Assembly: GCA_031549385.1 (NCBI GenBank)
Contig: JAVBPW010000005.1
Span: 1-64,000 of the forward strand
Length of the DNA stretch: 64,000 nt
DNA from: Alphaproteobacteria bacterium
Lineage (GTDB): Bacteria; Pseudomonadota; Alphaproteobacteria; Rs-D84; SZUA-605
Direction of reading: 5' to 3'
Part shown: piece after piece, positions 41,325 through 51,132 of the stretch
Layout: each line of letters opens with the position of its first letter
Numbering within the stretch: the stretch's first letter is position 1
Program-made: the position numbers and the translations under genes
Notes under the pieces: generated by a model
What the model was told of the DNA's origin: nothing
Seen by the model: the letters and a program-made list of their open reading frames with translations, nothing else
Databases searched by the model: none

Positions 41325-41369
41325 TTTTAATTCTTGTTGTTTAGTTGAATTTGTGATATAATGCATATT

Positions 41370-42320
41370 ATGGATTTAGCTAAAATAAAAAAAAGACATA
41401 ATATTATAAGAGAAATTGGAACAGGAGATTTTTGTAAAATCTTCCTGATTGAACGTAATATTCATCCTGCTGTTTTAAAAGTTCCTATGAATGGAGTTGA
41501 TCCTAAAGATTGGAATGATGTTATACAGAGAGAGGTTATTGCGAATCAAATTCTTTCTAAATATAAAGGCAAAGTTTTTGTTCCTAAATTATTAGATGTT
41601 TCAAATGATTACTTAATAGAAGAATTAGCAAGAGGAACTGAATTAGCTCGACTTGAGAAACCTATGGATCAGATTGCTATTAGTGATCAAGCTTATGAAT
41701 TTGCAGATTTTTTAACTTTTTTGCATTCTTATGATACTAAGAAAAAAAATAGTAGACTTAATATTAGTAACGATTTTACTAATGATGAAATATTAGAGAG
41801 GTTGGAACAAGTTGTAGATAAACAAAATTTTAGAGAATTTAGAGATGATTTTGATTTTTGTGCTTTAAATCCTTTAAAAACTGATGTGCAAACCTTTTGC
41901 CATACTGATTTAAGACGAGAAAATGTTTTTTATGATAGAATAAGAAAACAAATGTCTGTTACTGGATTTGGATTATCTGGAATTACTTGCCCTTATACAG
42001 ATTTAATTCCTGAATTGCCTTCTCACGCTCTTCCACCAGAATTTTTGTCTAAGGTGATTACAAATTATAATAAAAATAATGGTGTTTTGCAATTTGATAA
42101 AGAAGCAGTTGGAAAACATTATTCAAAGGGAATTTTATATGACTATGTAAAAGAAGATCTTCAAAATAATGGAAAAGGTTCGAAATTAAAGTCTGATATT
42201 GAAAATATTGCAATACCAGAAATAGAAAAAATAAGAAAATCTTTTAACCCATTTTTTGAAAAAACTTTTAGACCCCGTAAGAAGAAAGCTTTAGAAAAAG
42301 AAACACTAGAAAGATATTGA
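41370..42320 (+). CDS. Protein-kinase-fold (APH/ePK-like) protein lacking the DFG aspartate
   Basis: IGTGDF, AVLK, E of helix C, HTDLRRENV, but TGFG in place of DFG. Confidence 0.72.
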   Translation: MDLAKIKKRHNIIREIGTGDFCKIFLIERNIHPAVLKVPMNGVDPKDWNDVIQREVIANQILSKYKGKVFVPKLLDVSNDYLIEELARGTELARLEKPMDQIAISDQAYEFADFLTFLHSYDTKKKNSRLNISNDFTNDEILERLEQVVDKQNFREFRDDFDFCALNPLKTDVQTFCHTDLRRENVFYDRIRKQMSVTGFGLSGITCPYTDLIPELPSHALPPEFLSKVITNYNKNNGVLQFDKEAVGKHYSKGILYDYVKEDLQNNGKGSKLKSDIENIAIPEIEKIRKSFNPFFEKTFRPRKKKALEKETLERY

Positions 42321-42388
42321 TGATTTTAATAGACTTTATATAATTATATTTGCTATAATTTTCTTATAATGAAAAAGGAGAAGGAATT

Positions 42389-42982
42389 ATGCTTAAAAAA
42401 ATTTTAATTATAGTTGGAATCATACTTATTATATTTTTATTGTTTGCAAATTATATGGGAATGTTTAAAAAAATTAGTGTTAAACCAATCGCTTTGGCTG
42501 AAACATATGTTGTTTACATGTCATATACTGGTCCTTATTCAAAACAAAATGAAGTTTATAAGAAATTAGAAGCATTTGCTGGAAAAGAAAATTCTTCTGA
42601 AGGTATTGGAGTTTATTTTGATGATCCAAAGACTACTCCAAAAGAAAAAACAAGAGCTCTTGTTGGTTTAATAGTTACTGAAGAAGTTTATAATAAATTT
42701 ATGCTTTCTGCTGTTAAAGCTCCAGATGATATAAAATTTGCTAAATTGCCTGAATTTGCTGGATTTTATGCTCAATTTCCTTATAAAAATCCTATGTCTT
42801 TTATGGTTGGACCTATGAAGGTTTATCCTGCTTTTTATAAATATTATATTAAAGAAAAAATCAAGTTTTTAGATAAAATGGTAACTATTGAGGTTTATGA
42901 TGCTAAATTGAAATATATTAAATATTATATTCCTTATACTGTTGAAGCAGATGTTTATTTAAAACTTTATGAAGCTAAATAG
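42389..42982 (+). CDS. GyrI-like small-molecule-binding domain protein, membrane-anchored
   Basis: YTGPY, GIGVYFDDP, RALVG, GPMKVYPA. Confidence 0.78.
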   Translation: MLKKILIIVGIILIIFLLFANYMGMFKKISVKPIALAETYVVYMSYTGPYSKQNEVYKKLEAFAGKENSSEGIGVYFDDPKTTPKEKTRALVGLIVTEEVYNKFMLSAVKAPDDIKFAKLPEFAGFYAQFPYKNPMSFMVGPMKVYPAFYKYYIKEKIKFLDKMVTIEVYDAKLKYIKYYIPYTVEADVYLKLYEAK

Positions 42983-42993
42983 GAGAAGTTATT

Positions 42994-43488
42994 ATGAAGA
43001 AGTTAATAGATGTTTATTTTAATACTACAGGAAGAATGGGAAGATTAGATTTTTTAATCTATAGTATTCCATTTGCTATTTTTGAAACTATTGTTTTTAG
43101 TTTAGCTTATTTTGTTAGCCCGTTTTTCTTGCTTTTGTTATTGTTAGAACTTTATCCTGGAATGGCTGTTATTATAAAAAGATTTCATGATATGAAAATA
43201 TCAGCTTTGGGGGCTGTAGGTGTAGCTCTTTTGACTGTATTTATTCTGTTTGTTTTGTATCTTAATCCAGAATCGATTTTTTGGCTATGTTTGTTTGATT
43301 TATATATCATAGTTTTATTGTATTGGATGTATATTGTGAAAGGTACAAAAGGGGCTAATAAATATGGACCAAATCCAATAAAAAAAGAAGAAAAAAAGCA
43401 AAATAAAAAAGTTCCGGCTAAGAAAGTTTTAAAAACACAACTTAAAGAGAAGAAATTAGTTAAAAACTCAAAAAATAAAAAGAAATAG
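42994..43488 (+). CDS. DUF805 membrane protein 1
   Basis: GRMGRLDF, KRFHDM, KGTKGANKYGPNP, Lys-rich tail. Confidence 0.88.
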   Translation: MKKLIDVYFNTTGRMGRLDFLIYSIPFAIFETIVFSLAYFVSPFFLLLLLLELYPGMAVIIKRFHDMKISALGAVGVALLTVFILFVLYLNPESIFWLCLFDLYIIVLLYWMYIVKGTKGANKYGPNPIKKEEKKQNKKVPAKKVLKTQLKEKKLVKNSKNKKK

Positions 43489-43496
43489 GTGATATT

Positions 43497-44012
43497 ATGT
43501 ACAATATTAAAAATATTTATTTTAATGCAAAAGGTAGAATGGGAAGATTGGATTTTTTAATCTATACAATACCTTTGATACTTTATGAATTATTTTTGTT
43601 TACTGTTGCGTATTTTTTACAGACACCCCTTGTACTTGTTTTCTTGCTTTTAGGTATATGGCCAAGTCTTGTAATTAATGTGAAAAGACTTCATGATTTA
43701 AATTGTTCAGCTTGGACATTGGTTGCTTACTATATTGGCATGTTTGCTTTACTTGCTATGTATTATTTTAATCAATTTTCAGTGTTTTTATATGATTTGA
43801 TTATAATTTATAGTGTTGTTTATATTTATTTTGTTTACTTTAAAAAAGGAAGCACTAAGAAAAATCAATTTGGAATGCCTGTTGAAAAATCTGTTAAAGT
43901 AGAAGTTGTTTCAAAGAAAAAGACTGCAAAAGTTCAAAAAATTTCTAATAAGAAAGTTGTTAAAAAAACTGCTAAAAAAATAATAAAGAAGAAAAATAGG
44001 AGATTATTATGA
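43497..44012 (+). CDS. DUF805 membrane protein 2
   Basis: GRMGRLDF, KRLHDL, NQFG, Lys-rich tail. Confidence 0.88.
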   Translation: MYNIKNIYFNAKGRMGRLDFLIYTIPLILYELFLFTVAYFLQTPLVLVFLLLGIWPSLVINVKRLHDLNCSAWTLVAYYIGMFALLAMYYFNQFSVFLYDLIIIYSVVYIYFVYFKKGSTKKNQFGMPVEKSVKVEVVSKKKTAKVQKISNKKVVKKTAKKIIKKKNRRLL

Positions 44013-44554
44013 AAACATTAATTAATACTTTTTTAAAATCACAAGGAAGAATGAATAGGTTACCTTACTTCTTGTGTAATATTGCATTATGGTTAGTTGC
44101 TGTTGTTTTTATTATGTTGTTTTACGTATTAATGCTCGCTGGTGGAGCAGTTGGAAGCTCTGTAATGGTAATTATTGGTTTTGCACTTTTAATTGCTGCA
44201 GTGTTAGTTTTTATATATTCTAACTTTATGCTTGATATTAAGAGATTTCATGACATGAGTATTTCGACTAAAAATGCCCTTATTATATTAATATCATTAA
44301 TTACTTTAAGAATAGTTACTGTTGTATTTGCTTTTATGTCTATTCCATTGATGGTAAGTTTTTTTTCTGTTATATCATTCATTTCTGGTTTGATTATTGG
44401 GTTATGGTTACTGTTTTTCAGAGGTACTGTTGGACCAAATAAATATGGTTTAGATCCATTATTGCCTATGATAAAAAAGCCAATTGATATGATTTATAAA
44501 CCAGAAGGTGAAAAGAAAAAGTCTTCTAAAAAGAAAGTGGCAAAGAAGAAATAA
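44009..44554 (+). CDS. DUF805 membrane protein 3
   Basis: GRMNRLPY, KRFHDM, GPNKYGLDP, Lys-rich tail. Confidence 0.88.
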   Translation: MKTLINTFLKSQGRMNRLPYFLCNIALWLVAVVFIMLFYVLMLAGGAVGSSVMVIIGFALLIAAVLVFIYSNFMLDIKRFHDMSISTKNALIILISLITLRIVTVVFAFMSIPLMVSFFSVISFISGLIIGLWLLFFRGTVGPNKYGLDPLLPMIKKPIDMIYKPEGEKKKSSKKKVAKKK

Positions 44555-44580
44555 AAAAAAGAGGCATTTGCCTCTTTTTT
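44555..44580. terminator. Bidirectional intrinsic terminator
   Basis: A-run GAGGCA/TGCCTC T-run between convergent genes. Confidence 0.75.
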
Positions 44581-45658
44581 ATTCTTTTACTAATTTTTCA
44601 AATTCTTTCAAAGTATCTGGTTGAGGTGGAACCTTTTTAGTTAACTTTAATGATTTTGGATTTTTTAGTAATGGTTCTATTACTGCTTTTGAATGTTCAA
44701 AATTAAAATCTTTTTCATTTATAACTATGTATCCGTAAGGTTCAAAAGTTCTTGCATTTAATTCTTGGTGTTTATCTGCTGCTATTGCTAGTGGAACAAA
44801 TATTGCTTTTTTCTCTAATGCTATTGTTTCAAAACAATTTCCTGCACCACTTCTTGAAATGACTAGATCTGCTTTATGAATTTTATCAAAAATATCTTCA
44901 AAGAATGGTTTGATTTCATGAGATATTCCAGTTTTTTCATATAATTCTGAAACTTCTTTTGCTGCATCTGTATCTGCTATTTGTTGTGTTACAAATATTT
45001 TTTTACGCAAGTCTTTATCAAGGTCAGCAAAGACATATGAAAGAGAGTTAAATAATCTTGCCCCTTGAGAGCCACCTATTACAAGTATATTTATTAATTT
45101 TGATTCTGTTGGTTTTTTATCTATAAATTTTTGAATTTCTTCTCTTAATGGGTAACCTGTATATACAGTTTTTTTGTTTGCAGGAATAGCTTTTGTATCT
45201 TTAAAACTTAATGCTATTACTGATGCAAATTTTGCTACTATTCTGTTTGTTTTTCCAAGAATTGCATTTTGTTCGTGTAATATTAATGGACGGCGAAAGA
45301 TTACTGCATTTACTGATGCTGGAAATGATGCATATCCACCAAAAGCAATTACTTTCTTTGGAAAGAATGTTAAAAAGTAATAAAATGCTTGAAGGGCACC
45401 TATTGATGTTACAAAAGCACCGAGTAATTTTTTCAATGGATTGCCAGAAATACTTTTTGATAAACATGTTTTGATTTTTATGCTTGAATCTATTTTAGTT
45501 TTTTTGAAATACCCAAGAGCACGTTTGTCAGTTATGAATAATATTTTATAACCATCTTTTGCTAATGCATTTGCTATTGCAATTCCTGGGAATACATGGC
45601 CACCTGTACCGCCAGCTGTGATTATTATTTTTTTGTTTTCTTGCTTTTCTTTCTTCAT
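44579..45658 (-). CDS. murG: Undecaprenyl-PP-MurNAc-pentapeptide GlcNAc transferase
   Basis: GGTGGHVFP, FGGY, HEQN, GGSQGA, HQELNA. Confidence 0.96.
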   Translation of the reverse strand: MKKEKQENKKIIITAGGTGGHVFPGIAIANALAKDGYKILFITDKRALGYFKKTKIDSSIKIKTCLSKSISGNPLKKLLGAFVTSIGALQAFYYFLTFFPKKVIAFGGYASFPASVNAVIFRRPLILHEQNAILGKTNRIVAKFASVIALSFKDTKAIPANKKTVYTGYPLREEIQKFIDKKPTESKLINILVIGGSQGARLFNSLSYVFADLDKDLRKKIFVTQQIADTDAAKEVSELYEKTGISHEIKPFFEDIFDKIHKADLVISRSGAGNCFETIALEKKAIFVPLAIAADKHQELNARTFEPYGYIVINEKDFNFEHSKAVIEPLLKNPKSLKLTKKVPPQPDTLKEFEKLVKE

Positions 45659-46800
45659 ACCTTGTACCTCTCTGCTTTGTTGGATTTACTTAAAAAGTTA
45701 AGTAAGAACCCAAAATTTATACAAAAACTTAAAAATGATGATCCTCCGTAGGATACAAATGGAAGTGTCATACCTTTTGTTGGCATTATATTAAAGGTTG
45801 TTGCTATATTTATTATGCTTTGAAATGCAAATAGTAATATTAGTCCCGATCCTGCCAGAAATATAAATGTGGATTTTTTGTTTCTTAGTTTAAATAGTGT
45901 TTCATTTATTATGAAAAAATAAAATAATATTAAAAGAGTTGTTACTAATAATCCGAATTCTTCTGCAAAAACAGCTAATACAAAGTCTGTGTGAGAATCG
46001 GGAATGTTTTGTTTTAAATAACCTTGCCCTATTGATAAAGGAAGTAAACCTCCATTTTTAATTGCAGATATGGCTGACTTAACTTGATAATTATCTGTTT
46101 TATCTGGTTGTGTAAATTTTTGAATACGGTCATGAAAGTGAGAAGAGGTAAAATATAATGTTCCTCCTAAACAAATAAATAAGCCTCCTATAATCATTAT
46201 GAGGCGCATGTTTAAGCCAACTAAAAATAATTGGGCAGCAAATATTACTGCTATTGTTAATGCCATTCCATTATCTGGTTGTAGGAATGTTGCTATTGTT
46301 GCTGTTAAAAAAATAAAGAGTAGGGTGGATATTAGAATCGTTACTTGTTTCTTTTTTCCTTGTCCCCAAATCGCTTTTATTTTTGTTAGCATTATTCCTG
46401 TATAGACTATAAAAAATGGTTTGAATAATTCTGTTGGTTGTAATTTTATTATTCCAAAATCAAACCAACGAACAGATCCTTTTGAAGATGAACCTATAAA
46501 TAATACTAAGATTGTTAAAATCCACATTACTCCAAGCCCTGCGTAAGTTATTCTTTTTATCCATTCTGGCTTTGCCATAGAAAATCCTATTAGTAATACA
46601 AAGCCTGGGATTAAGAATGCAAAGAATCTTGTTAAGAAATGATAATCTGATAAACCTATTCTTCTTGCTGAATATGGTCCTGCTATCATAGTCATTAAAA
46701 GTCCGATGGCAACAAGAAGAATTACTGAGAAAAATAATGTACGGTCTACGTTATGCCACCATTTTGCTAGTAAAGAATCGTCTGTATGCGAAAATGCCAT
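45655..46800 (-). CDS. ftsW: Cell division SEDS protein FtsW
   Basis: KGSVRW, LQPTELFKP, PDSHTDF, PTKGMTLPFVSYGGSS. Confidence 0.94.
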   Translation of the reverse strand: MAFSHTDDSLLAKWWHNVDRTLFFSVILLVAIGLLMTMIAGPYSARRIGLSDYHFLTRFFAFLIPGFVLLIGFSMAKPEWIKRITYAGLGVMWILTILVLFIGSSSKGSVRWFDFGIIKLQPTELFKPFFIVYTGIMLTKIKAIWGQGKKKQVTILISTLLFIFLTATIATFLQPDNGMALTIAVIFAAQLFLVGLNMRLIMIIGGLFICLGGTLYFTSSHFHDRIQKFTQPDKTDNYQVKSAISAIKNGGLLPLSIGQGYLKQNIPDSHTDFVLAVFAEEFGLLVTTLLILFYFFIINETLFKLRNKKSTFIFLAGSGLILLFAFQSIINIATTFNIMPTKGMTLPFVSYGGSSFLSFCINFGFLLNFLSKSNKAERYKV

Positions 46801-46803
46801 TTA

Positions 46804-47886
46804 TTAAATCCTTACAAATAAACTTGTTAATGCTATTATTGAAAGAATTATTGATACTATAAAGAATCTTTCTACTACTTTTGTTTCTGGAATATTCATC
46901 ATTTCAAAATGGTGATGTAATGGAGCCATTTTAAATAATCTTTTTCCTTGTCCTGTTTTTTTACGGGTGTATTTGAAGTACATTGTTTGGAAGAATGATG
47001 AGCCTAATTCAGCTACAAATAAAAATCCGAAAATTCCATATAGCATTTCAATTTTTAACATTACTGCAAAAATTCCAAAAATTGAGCCTAAATATAATGA
47101 ACCTACATCACCCATAAAGATTGATGCTGGTTTTGCATTGAAGAATAAAAATCCAAGTAAGCTTCCAAATAAGGCTGATGCAAAGACTATTAATTCACCT
47201 GAGTTTTCTACGAATGAAAGATTGTGAGCTTGGGATGTAAACATATTTGCTGATAATAACATTAAAACTATAAATGTTAAAACTGAAGTCATAGATGTTT
47301 TTGTTGCAAGTCCATCCATTCCATCTGTGATATTTACTGCATTTGCTGAACCTACTATTACAATTGCTGCAAATGGGTAGTAGAACCACCATGCGTTAAA
47401 TGAGAGTGATGAAAGAAATGGTATGTTGATTATTGTTCTTGCTGCATCTGGAGTTGAAACTGAAATTGCAAAGATTGCTATTGCTGCTACTAAAAATTCG
47501 CCTAATAATCTTTTTTTTGCTGATAGTCCGTATTGGTTTTCATAATTTGGTAATGCTTTTCTTTTCATTTTATAAAAGTCGTCTATGAAACCAATTATTC
47601 CAAAACATAATGGAGCTAATAAAATTGTTAATATAAATGGGTTTGTTAAATTTGCAAAAAGCAGAGATGATATAAATGTTGCTACAATGATTAAAATTCC
47701 ACCTGCTGTTGGAGTTCCTATTTTTTCTTTGTGAGCTTCAAGCTGAATCGGTTGTCCCATTGTAGCTACTGACTTTATAAATCTGATGAATTTATTTCCA
47801 AAAATTAAACATAGCGAAAATGATGTGAGTAAACTTAGAATTGCTTTTAAATATAATGATGTGTCAGATAGTATGAAATCTAGCAT
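46804..47886 (-). CDS. mraY: Phospho-MurNAc-pentapeptide transferase
   Basis: KIGTPTAGG, GFIDD, NAVNITDGMDGL, FMGDVGS, MAPLHHHFE. Confidence 0.97.
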   Translation of the reverse strand: MLDFILSDTSLYLKAILSLLTSFSLCLIFGNKFIRFIKSVATMGQPIQLEAHKEKIGTPTAGGILIIVATFISSLLFANLTNPFILTILLAPLCFGIIGFIDDFYKMKRKALPNYENQYGLSAKKRLLGEFLVAAIAIFAISVSTPDAARTIINIPFLSSLSFNAWWFYYPFAAIVIVGSANAVNITDGMDGLATKTSMTSVLTFIVLMLLSANMFTSQAHNLSFVENSGELIVFASALFGSLLGFLFFNAKPASIFMGDVGSLYLGSIFGIFAVMLKIEMLYGIFGFLFVAELGSSFFQTMYFKYTRKKTGQGKRLFKMAPLHHHFEMMNIPETKVVERFFIVSIILSIIALTSLFVRI

Positions 47887-47906
47887 TGTTCTCTCCTTTT
47901 ATAAGC

Positions 47907-47990
47907 GCCAGAAGGTGACCCACTTGAATTCTATATGACTGCTTTCTTTCGAATCTGATCTGGTTACAAAACCTTATGCCCACCTCTGGC
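47907..47990 (-). ncRNA. ffs: Signal recognition particle RNA (4.5S), minimal
   Basis: Reverse complement has terminal stem GCCAGAGGTG/CACCTTCTGGC and helix-8 motif AACCAGATCAGATTCGAAAGAAAGCAG with a GNRA loop. Confidence 0.85.
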
Positions 47991-48157
47991 TTTTTGATGA
48001 TAGTACACTAATTAAAAAAGGTAAAGAAAATTTTTCTTGACTTAGTGGTCATTTTACATATTATCCCCGCGGACCACTTTAACCTAACAAAAAAGTACTT
48101 CCATTTTTATTTTAAATATGATAAAATTATTAGGCTAAATTAATAAAGGATGAAATT

Positions 48158-49324
48158 ATGCCAAAACTTAAAAAAGAAATAGATATTAAACAAGAAATAG
48201 TTCCTGATACGAATGAGTTCAAAAAGGGATTAAAGAAAACTAAAGTAACAGAAGAGGTTGCTGAAGAAAAAGTAAAAAAGGTTGCTGTTAAAAAAACAAG
48301 CAAACCAGCAGAAGATAATGTAAAAGTTACAGAAGGAAGACTTTCTGATCTTGTCGACGATGAAACTGTCGAAAAACTTAAAAAAGATGATAATGGGGAT
48401 CCAAGAACTAAAACACCAGCTTGGTTGCAATACAGAATGGGATCTCGTCTGATTTCTAATGCTCAATACTCACAGGCTATTGCTGAACTTGATAAAGCTG
48501 CCGCATTAGATAAAAATAAAGAAATTTGGGAAATTCATAATTCTAAAGGTTTTGCTCTTATGAAAATGGGCAAATACAATGAAGCTATTGTTGAATACAA
48601 TGAAGCTTTAAAGATAAAACCACGTGCTGTTACTGTTTGGGCTAATAAAGGTATGGCTTATTCTTTATCAGGGCTTTTTTCAGATGCTTTTGAATCATTT
48701 GAAATTGCTCTTTCTATTGAGCCTAATAATTTAGATGTTCTTAATGGTAAAGCGGTTACTTATCAAAAATTATTCAAATACAAAGAAGCACTTGATGTGC
48801 TTGAATATATGCTCAAAGTTAATCCAAAAAGAATTGATACTTTGATGTCTATTGGAACTACATTACAAAAATTGAAGCTTTATGATAAGGCTATGATTTA
48901 TTTTGATAAAGTTATTTCTTTTGATAAAAAATATATTCCTGCGTGGAATTCTAAAGGTGTAGTTTATAGCTTTATGGGAGATACTGATAAAGCACTTGAG
49001 AGCTTTAATCATATATTAAAAATAGATAAAACTGCATTTGTAGCTCATGTTTCTATTGGTTATGTGTACCAAGCTCAAGAACAATATTTGATTGCTTTAG
49101 AGCACTACGAAAAAGCTAAAAAAATGAATTTAGGTCGTTACAGTCATAATATATGGGATGGAAAGGCTTCTTGTTTGACTAAATTAGGTCGATTTGATGA
49201 AGCTTTGAATACTTATAAAGAAATTATTAATCATGAGCAGGGGACTAAAAAGTTCGGTGCTGAAAGATCTTACCGTTTTGTAGAACGATTAATATCAAAG
49301 GGAGCTAAGCCCTTGCAAAATTAA
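48158..49324 (+). CDS. Tetratricopeptide repeat protein
   Basis: Repeated W/H-N-x-KG...A...Y/F-x-x-A-L TPR units; charged N-terminal extension. Confidence 0.9.
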   Translation: MPKLKKEIDIKQEIVPDTNEFKKGLKKTKVTEEVAEEKVKKVAVKKTSKPAEDNVKVTEGRLSDLVDDETVEKLKKDDNGDPRTKTPAWLQYRMGSRLISNAQYSQAIAELDKAAALDKNKEIWEIHNSKGFALMKMGKYNEAIVEYNEALKIKPRAVTVWANKGMAYSLSGLFSDAFESFEIALSIEPNNLDVLNGKAVTYQKLFKYKEALDVLEYMLKVNPKRIDTLMSIGTTLQKLKLYDKAMIYFDKVISFDKKYIPAWNSKGVVYSFMGDTDKALESFNHILKIDKTAFVAHVSIGYVYQAQEQYLIALEHYEKAKKMNLGRYSHNIWDGKASCLTKLGRFDEALNTYKEIINHEQGTKKFGAERSYRFVERLISKGAKPLQN

Positions 49325-49353
49325 AAAGAGCCGTGCATAGCACGGTTTTTTTA

Positions 49354-49440
49354 TTGACAAAATTCTAGTTTGTGATAGTTTGTAGCTATTAAATTAAAAA
49401 ATCAATAAAAATAATCATAAATTTTAAAAACTTAAGAAAA
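49354..49440 (+). promoter_or_regulatory. Cassette promoter/leader (variant)
   Basis: TTGACA 1 nt after the terminator T-run, N16-TAGTTT; AAATTAAAAAATCAA (49391) and AAACTTAAGAAAA before the ATG. Confidence 0.65.
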
Positions 49441-50235
49441 ATGATAACTAATAAGGAATTTAGGTTCTTGAAGCGAGTTATGCTTATGAGCCAAGATGAA
49501 TTGGCTATGTGGATTTTGGCAACAGACATTTGTTCATATTTAGATGAGGCTCATGGGGATTTCGTTAAAAAGATTTGTTACCAATTTAAAACAAAAAAGG
49601 TTTGGGGGGAATTTATTGAAAAGTTTATTTCCCAAGAATTGTATTTTGAAGTTCTTACTGGTGAATTTCCTAAACTGAGGAAATTGCTTTTGAAAAAATT
49701 AAGCAATTCAATGAAAACTTGTACAGACAGGGAAGTTTGGTTTTATAATACTTGGAAGCCAAAATTTATTGCGGAGAAAATTTTAGAACAAGTGAAACTT
49801 TTGCCGGATTACAATGATTTGGTTCATTCGGATTACCCTTCATATTGGATTGAAGATAAGATTGAATTTCTTCGTGATTGTATTGTTTTGACATCGTTGA
49901 AGGGTAAAACCTTTGTTGATGAATGCGGAAAATATATGACTAAAGAAGGAGAGTTGTGGCGGAAATTGCTTTTCAAGAAACCTTGTACTGAAGCATACCG
50001 AAGTGCAATGATTCTTCCGGAAGACTTTTTTGTGGGCTATATCCACATGACGGTTTTATCGTGGAAAAAACTGGAAACAGATTCTGTAAATCATTTTATT
50101 CCAATTACCAATGTACTGTGTCAATATGCATACCGGGAAAGGTTATTTCGAGAAACTTTGGATCCGTTTTCAAGAGAAACTTTGATTATAAATGCAGGAT
50201 TAAGTGAGAAGATCGTGAATCACTTGTGCAAGTAA
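49441..50235 (+). CDS. Orphan protein (cassette)
   Basis: 264-aa ORF with more G/C-ending codons than its neighbours; overlaps the lpxK 3' end. Confidence 0.72.
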   Translation: MITNKEFRFLKRVMLMSQDELAMWILATDICSYLDEAHGDFVKKICYQFKTKKVWGEFIEKFISQELYFEVLTGEFPKLRKLLLKKLSNSMKTCTDREVWFYNTWKPKFIAEKILEQVKLLPDYNDLVHSDYPSYWIEDKIEFLRDCIVLTSLKGKTFVDECGKYMTKEGELWRKLLFKKPCTEAYRSAMILPEDFFVGYIHMTVLSWKKLETDSVNHFIPITNVLCQYAYRERLFRETLDPFSRETLIINAGLSEKIVNHLCK

Positions 50236-51132
50236 TTTTTCGTTTTCGATTTTATAAGTGATAGGCAAAAAGTCTATCACTTTTTTATATCTGTTTGGGA
50301 ATTTTACCCAATCTTTTGATGTGGTTATTGGAATTATGTTTTTAAATGTTGATATATCTTCTATTTCCTTTAATTCTTTATTTGTATATGCATGATGATC
50401 CATAAATGATTTAGCTACCGATATTTTTGCACCTGTTTCTCTTAGTGTATTATAAAATTTTTCTGGTTTGCCTATGCCTGCAAAAGCATAGTAAGCTTTG
50501 TATTTGCTTGGTTTGAACTTTGTTTGTACTTTTACTTCTATTACAGGGAAGTCTGTTAGTTTTTTCTTTATTCCTGTTTTGTCTGGACCTACTATTACAA
50601 ATGCATTGGCTCTTTTTTTACCAAATGATAGGTATTCTCTTAATGGGCCTGATGGAATTACTTGTCCATTGCCTAAACCTGTTTTACCGTCTATTACAAC
50701 GAATGAAAAATCTTTATAGATTGTTGGACTTTGAAAGCCGTCATCCATTATTAAAATGTTTGCTCCGTCTTTGATTGCCATTTGTGCTATTTTTGCTCGG
50801 TCTTCTCCTACATAGGTTGGAGCGGTGTAAGAGAGCATTAATGGTTCATCGCCTACATCTTTATAGTTATGAATTTTATTATTTACTTTTACGTATTTTA
50901 ATTTGCCTTTATAACCACGAGATAAAATTGCTGGTTTTAGTTTTTTTTCTTTTAAATAATTTGCTAAATATTCTGTGAATGGGGTTTTTCCTACGCCACC
51001 TACATTGATGTTTCCTACACAAATTACAGGAACACTTGCTTTGAATGGTTTTGAAAATTTAAGACGTAGTTGAGTGATTGCATTATATATTAAGCCTATT
51101 GGAATTAAAAAAAACTTTAATATTTCAATCAT
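50200..51132 (-). CDS. lpxK: Tetraacyldisaccharide 4'-kinase
   Basis: PVICVGNINVGGVGKTP, SRGY, GDEP, DDGFQ, PSGPLRE. Confidence 0.96.
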   Translation of the reverse strand: MIEILKFFLIPIGLIYNAITQLRLKFSKPFKASVPVICVGNINVGGVGKTPFTEYLANYLKEKKLKPAILSRGYKGKLKYVKVNNKIHNYKDVGDEPLMLSYTAPTYVGEDRAKIAQMAIKDGANILIMDDGFQSPTIYKDFSFVVIDGKTGLGNGQVIPSGPLREYLSFGKKRANAFVIVGPDKTGIKKKLTDFPVIEVKVQTKFKPSKYKAYYAFAGIGKPEKFYNTLRETGAKISVAKSFMDHHAYTNKELKEIEDISTFKNIIPITTSKDWVKFPNRYKKVIDFLPITYKIENEKLLAQVIHDLLT

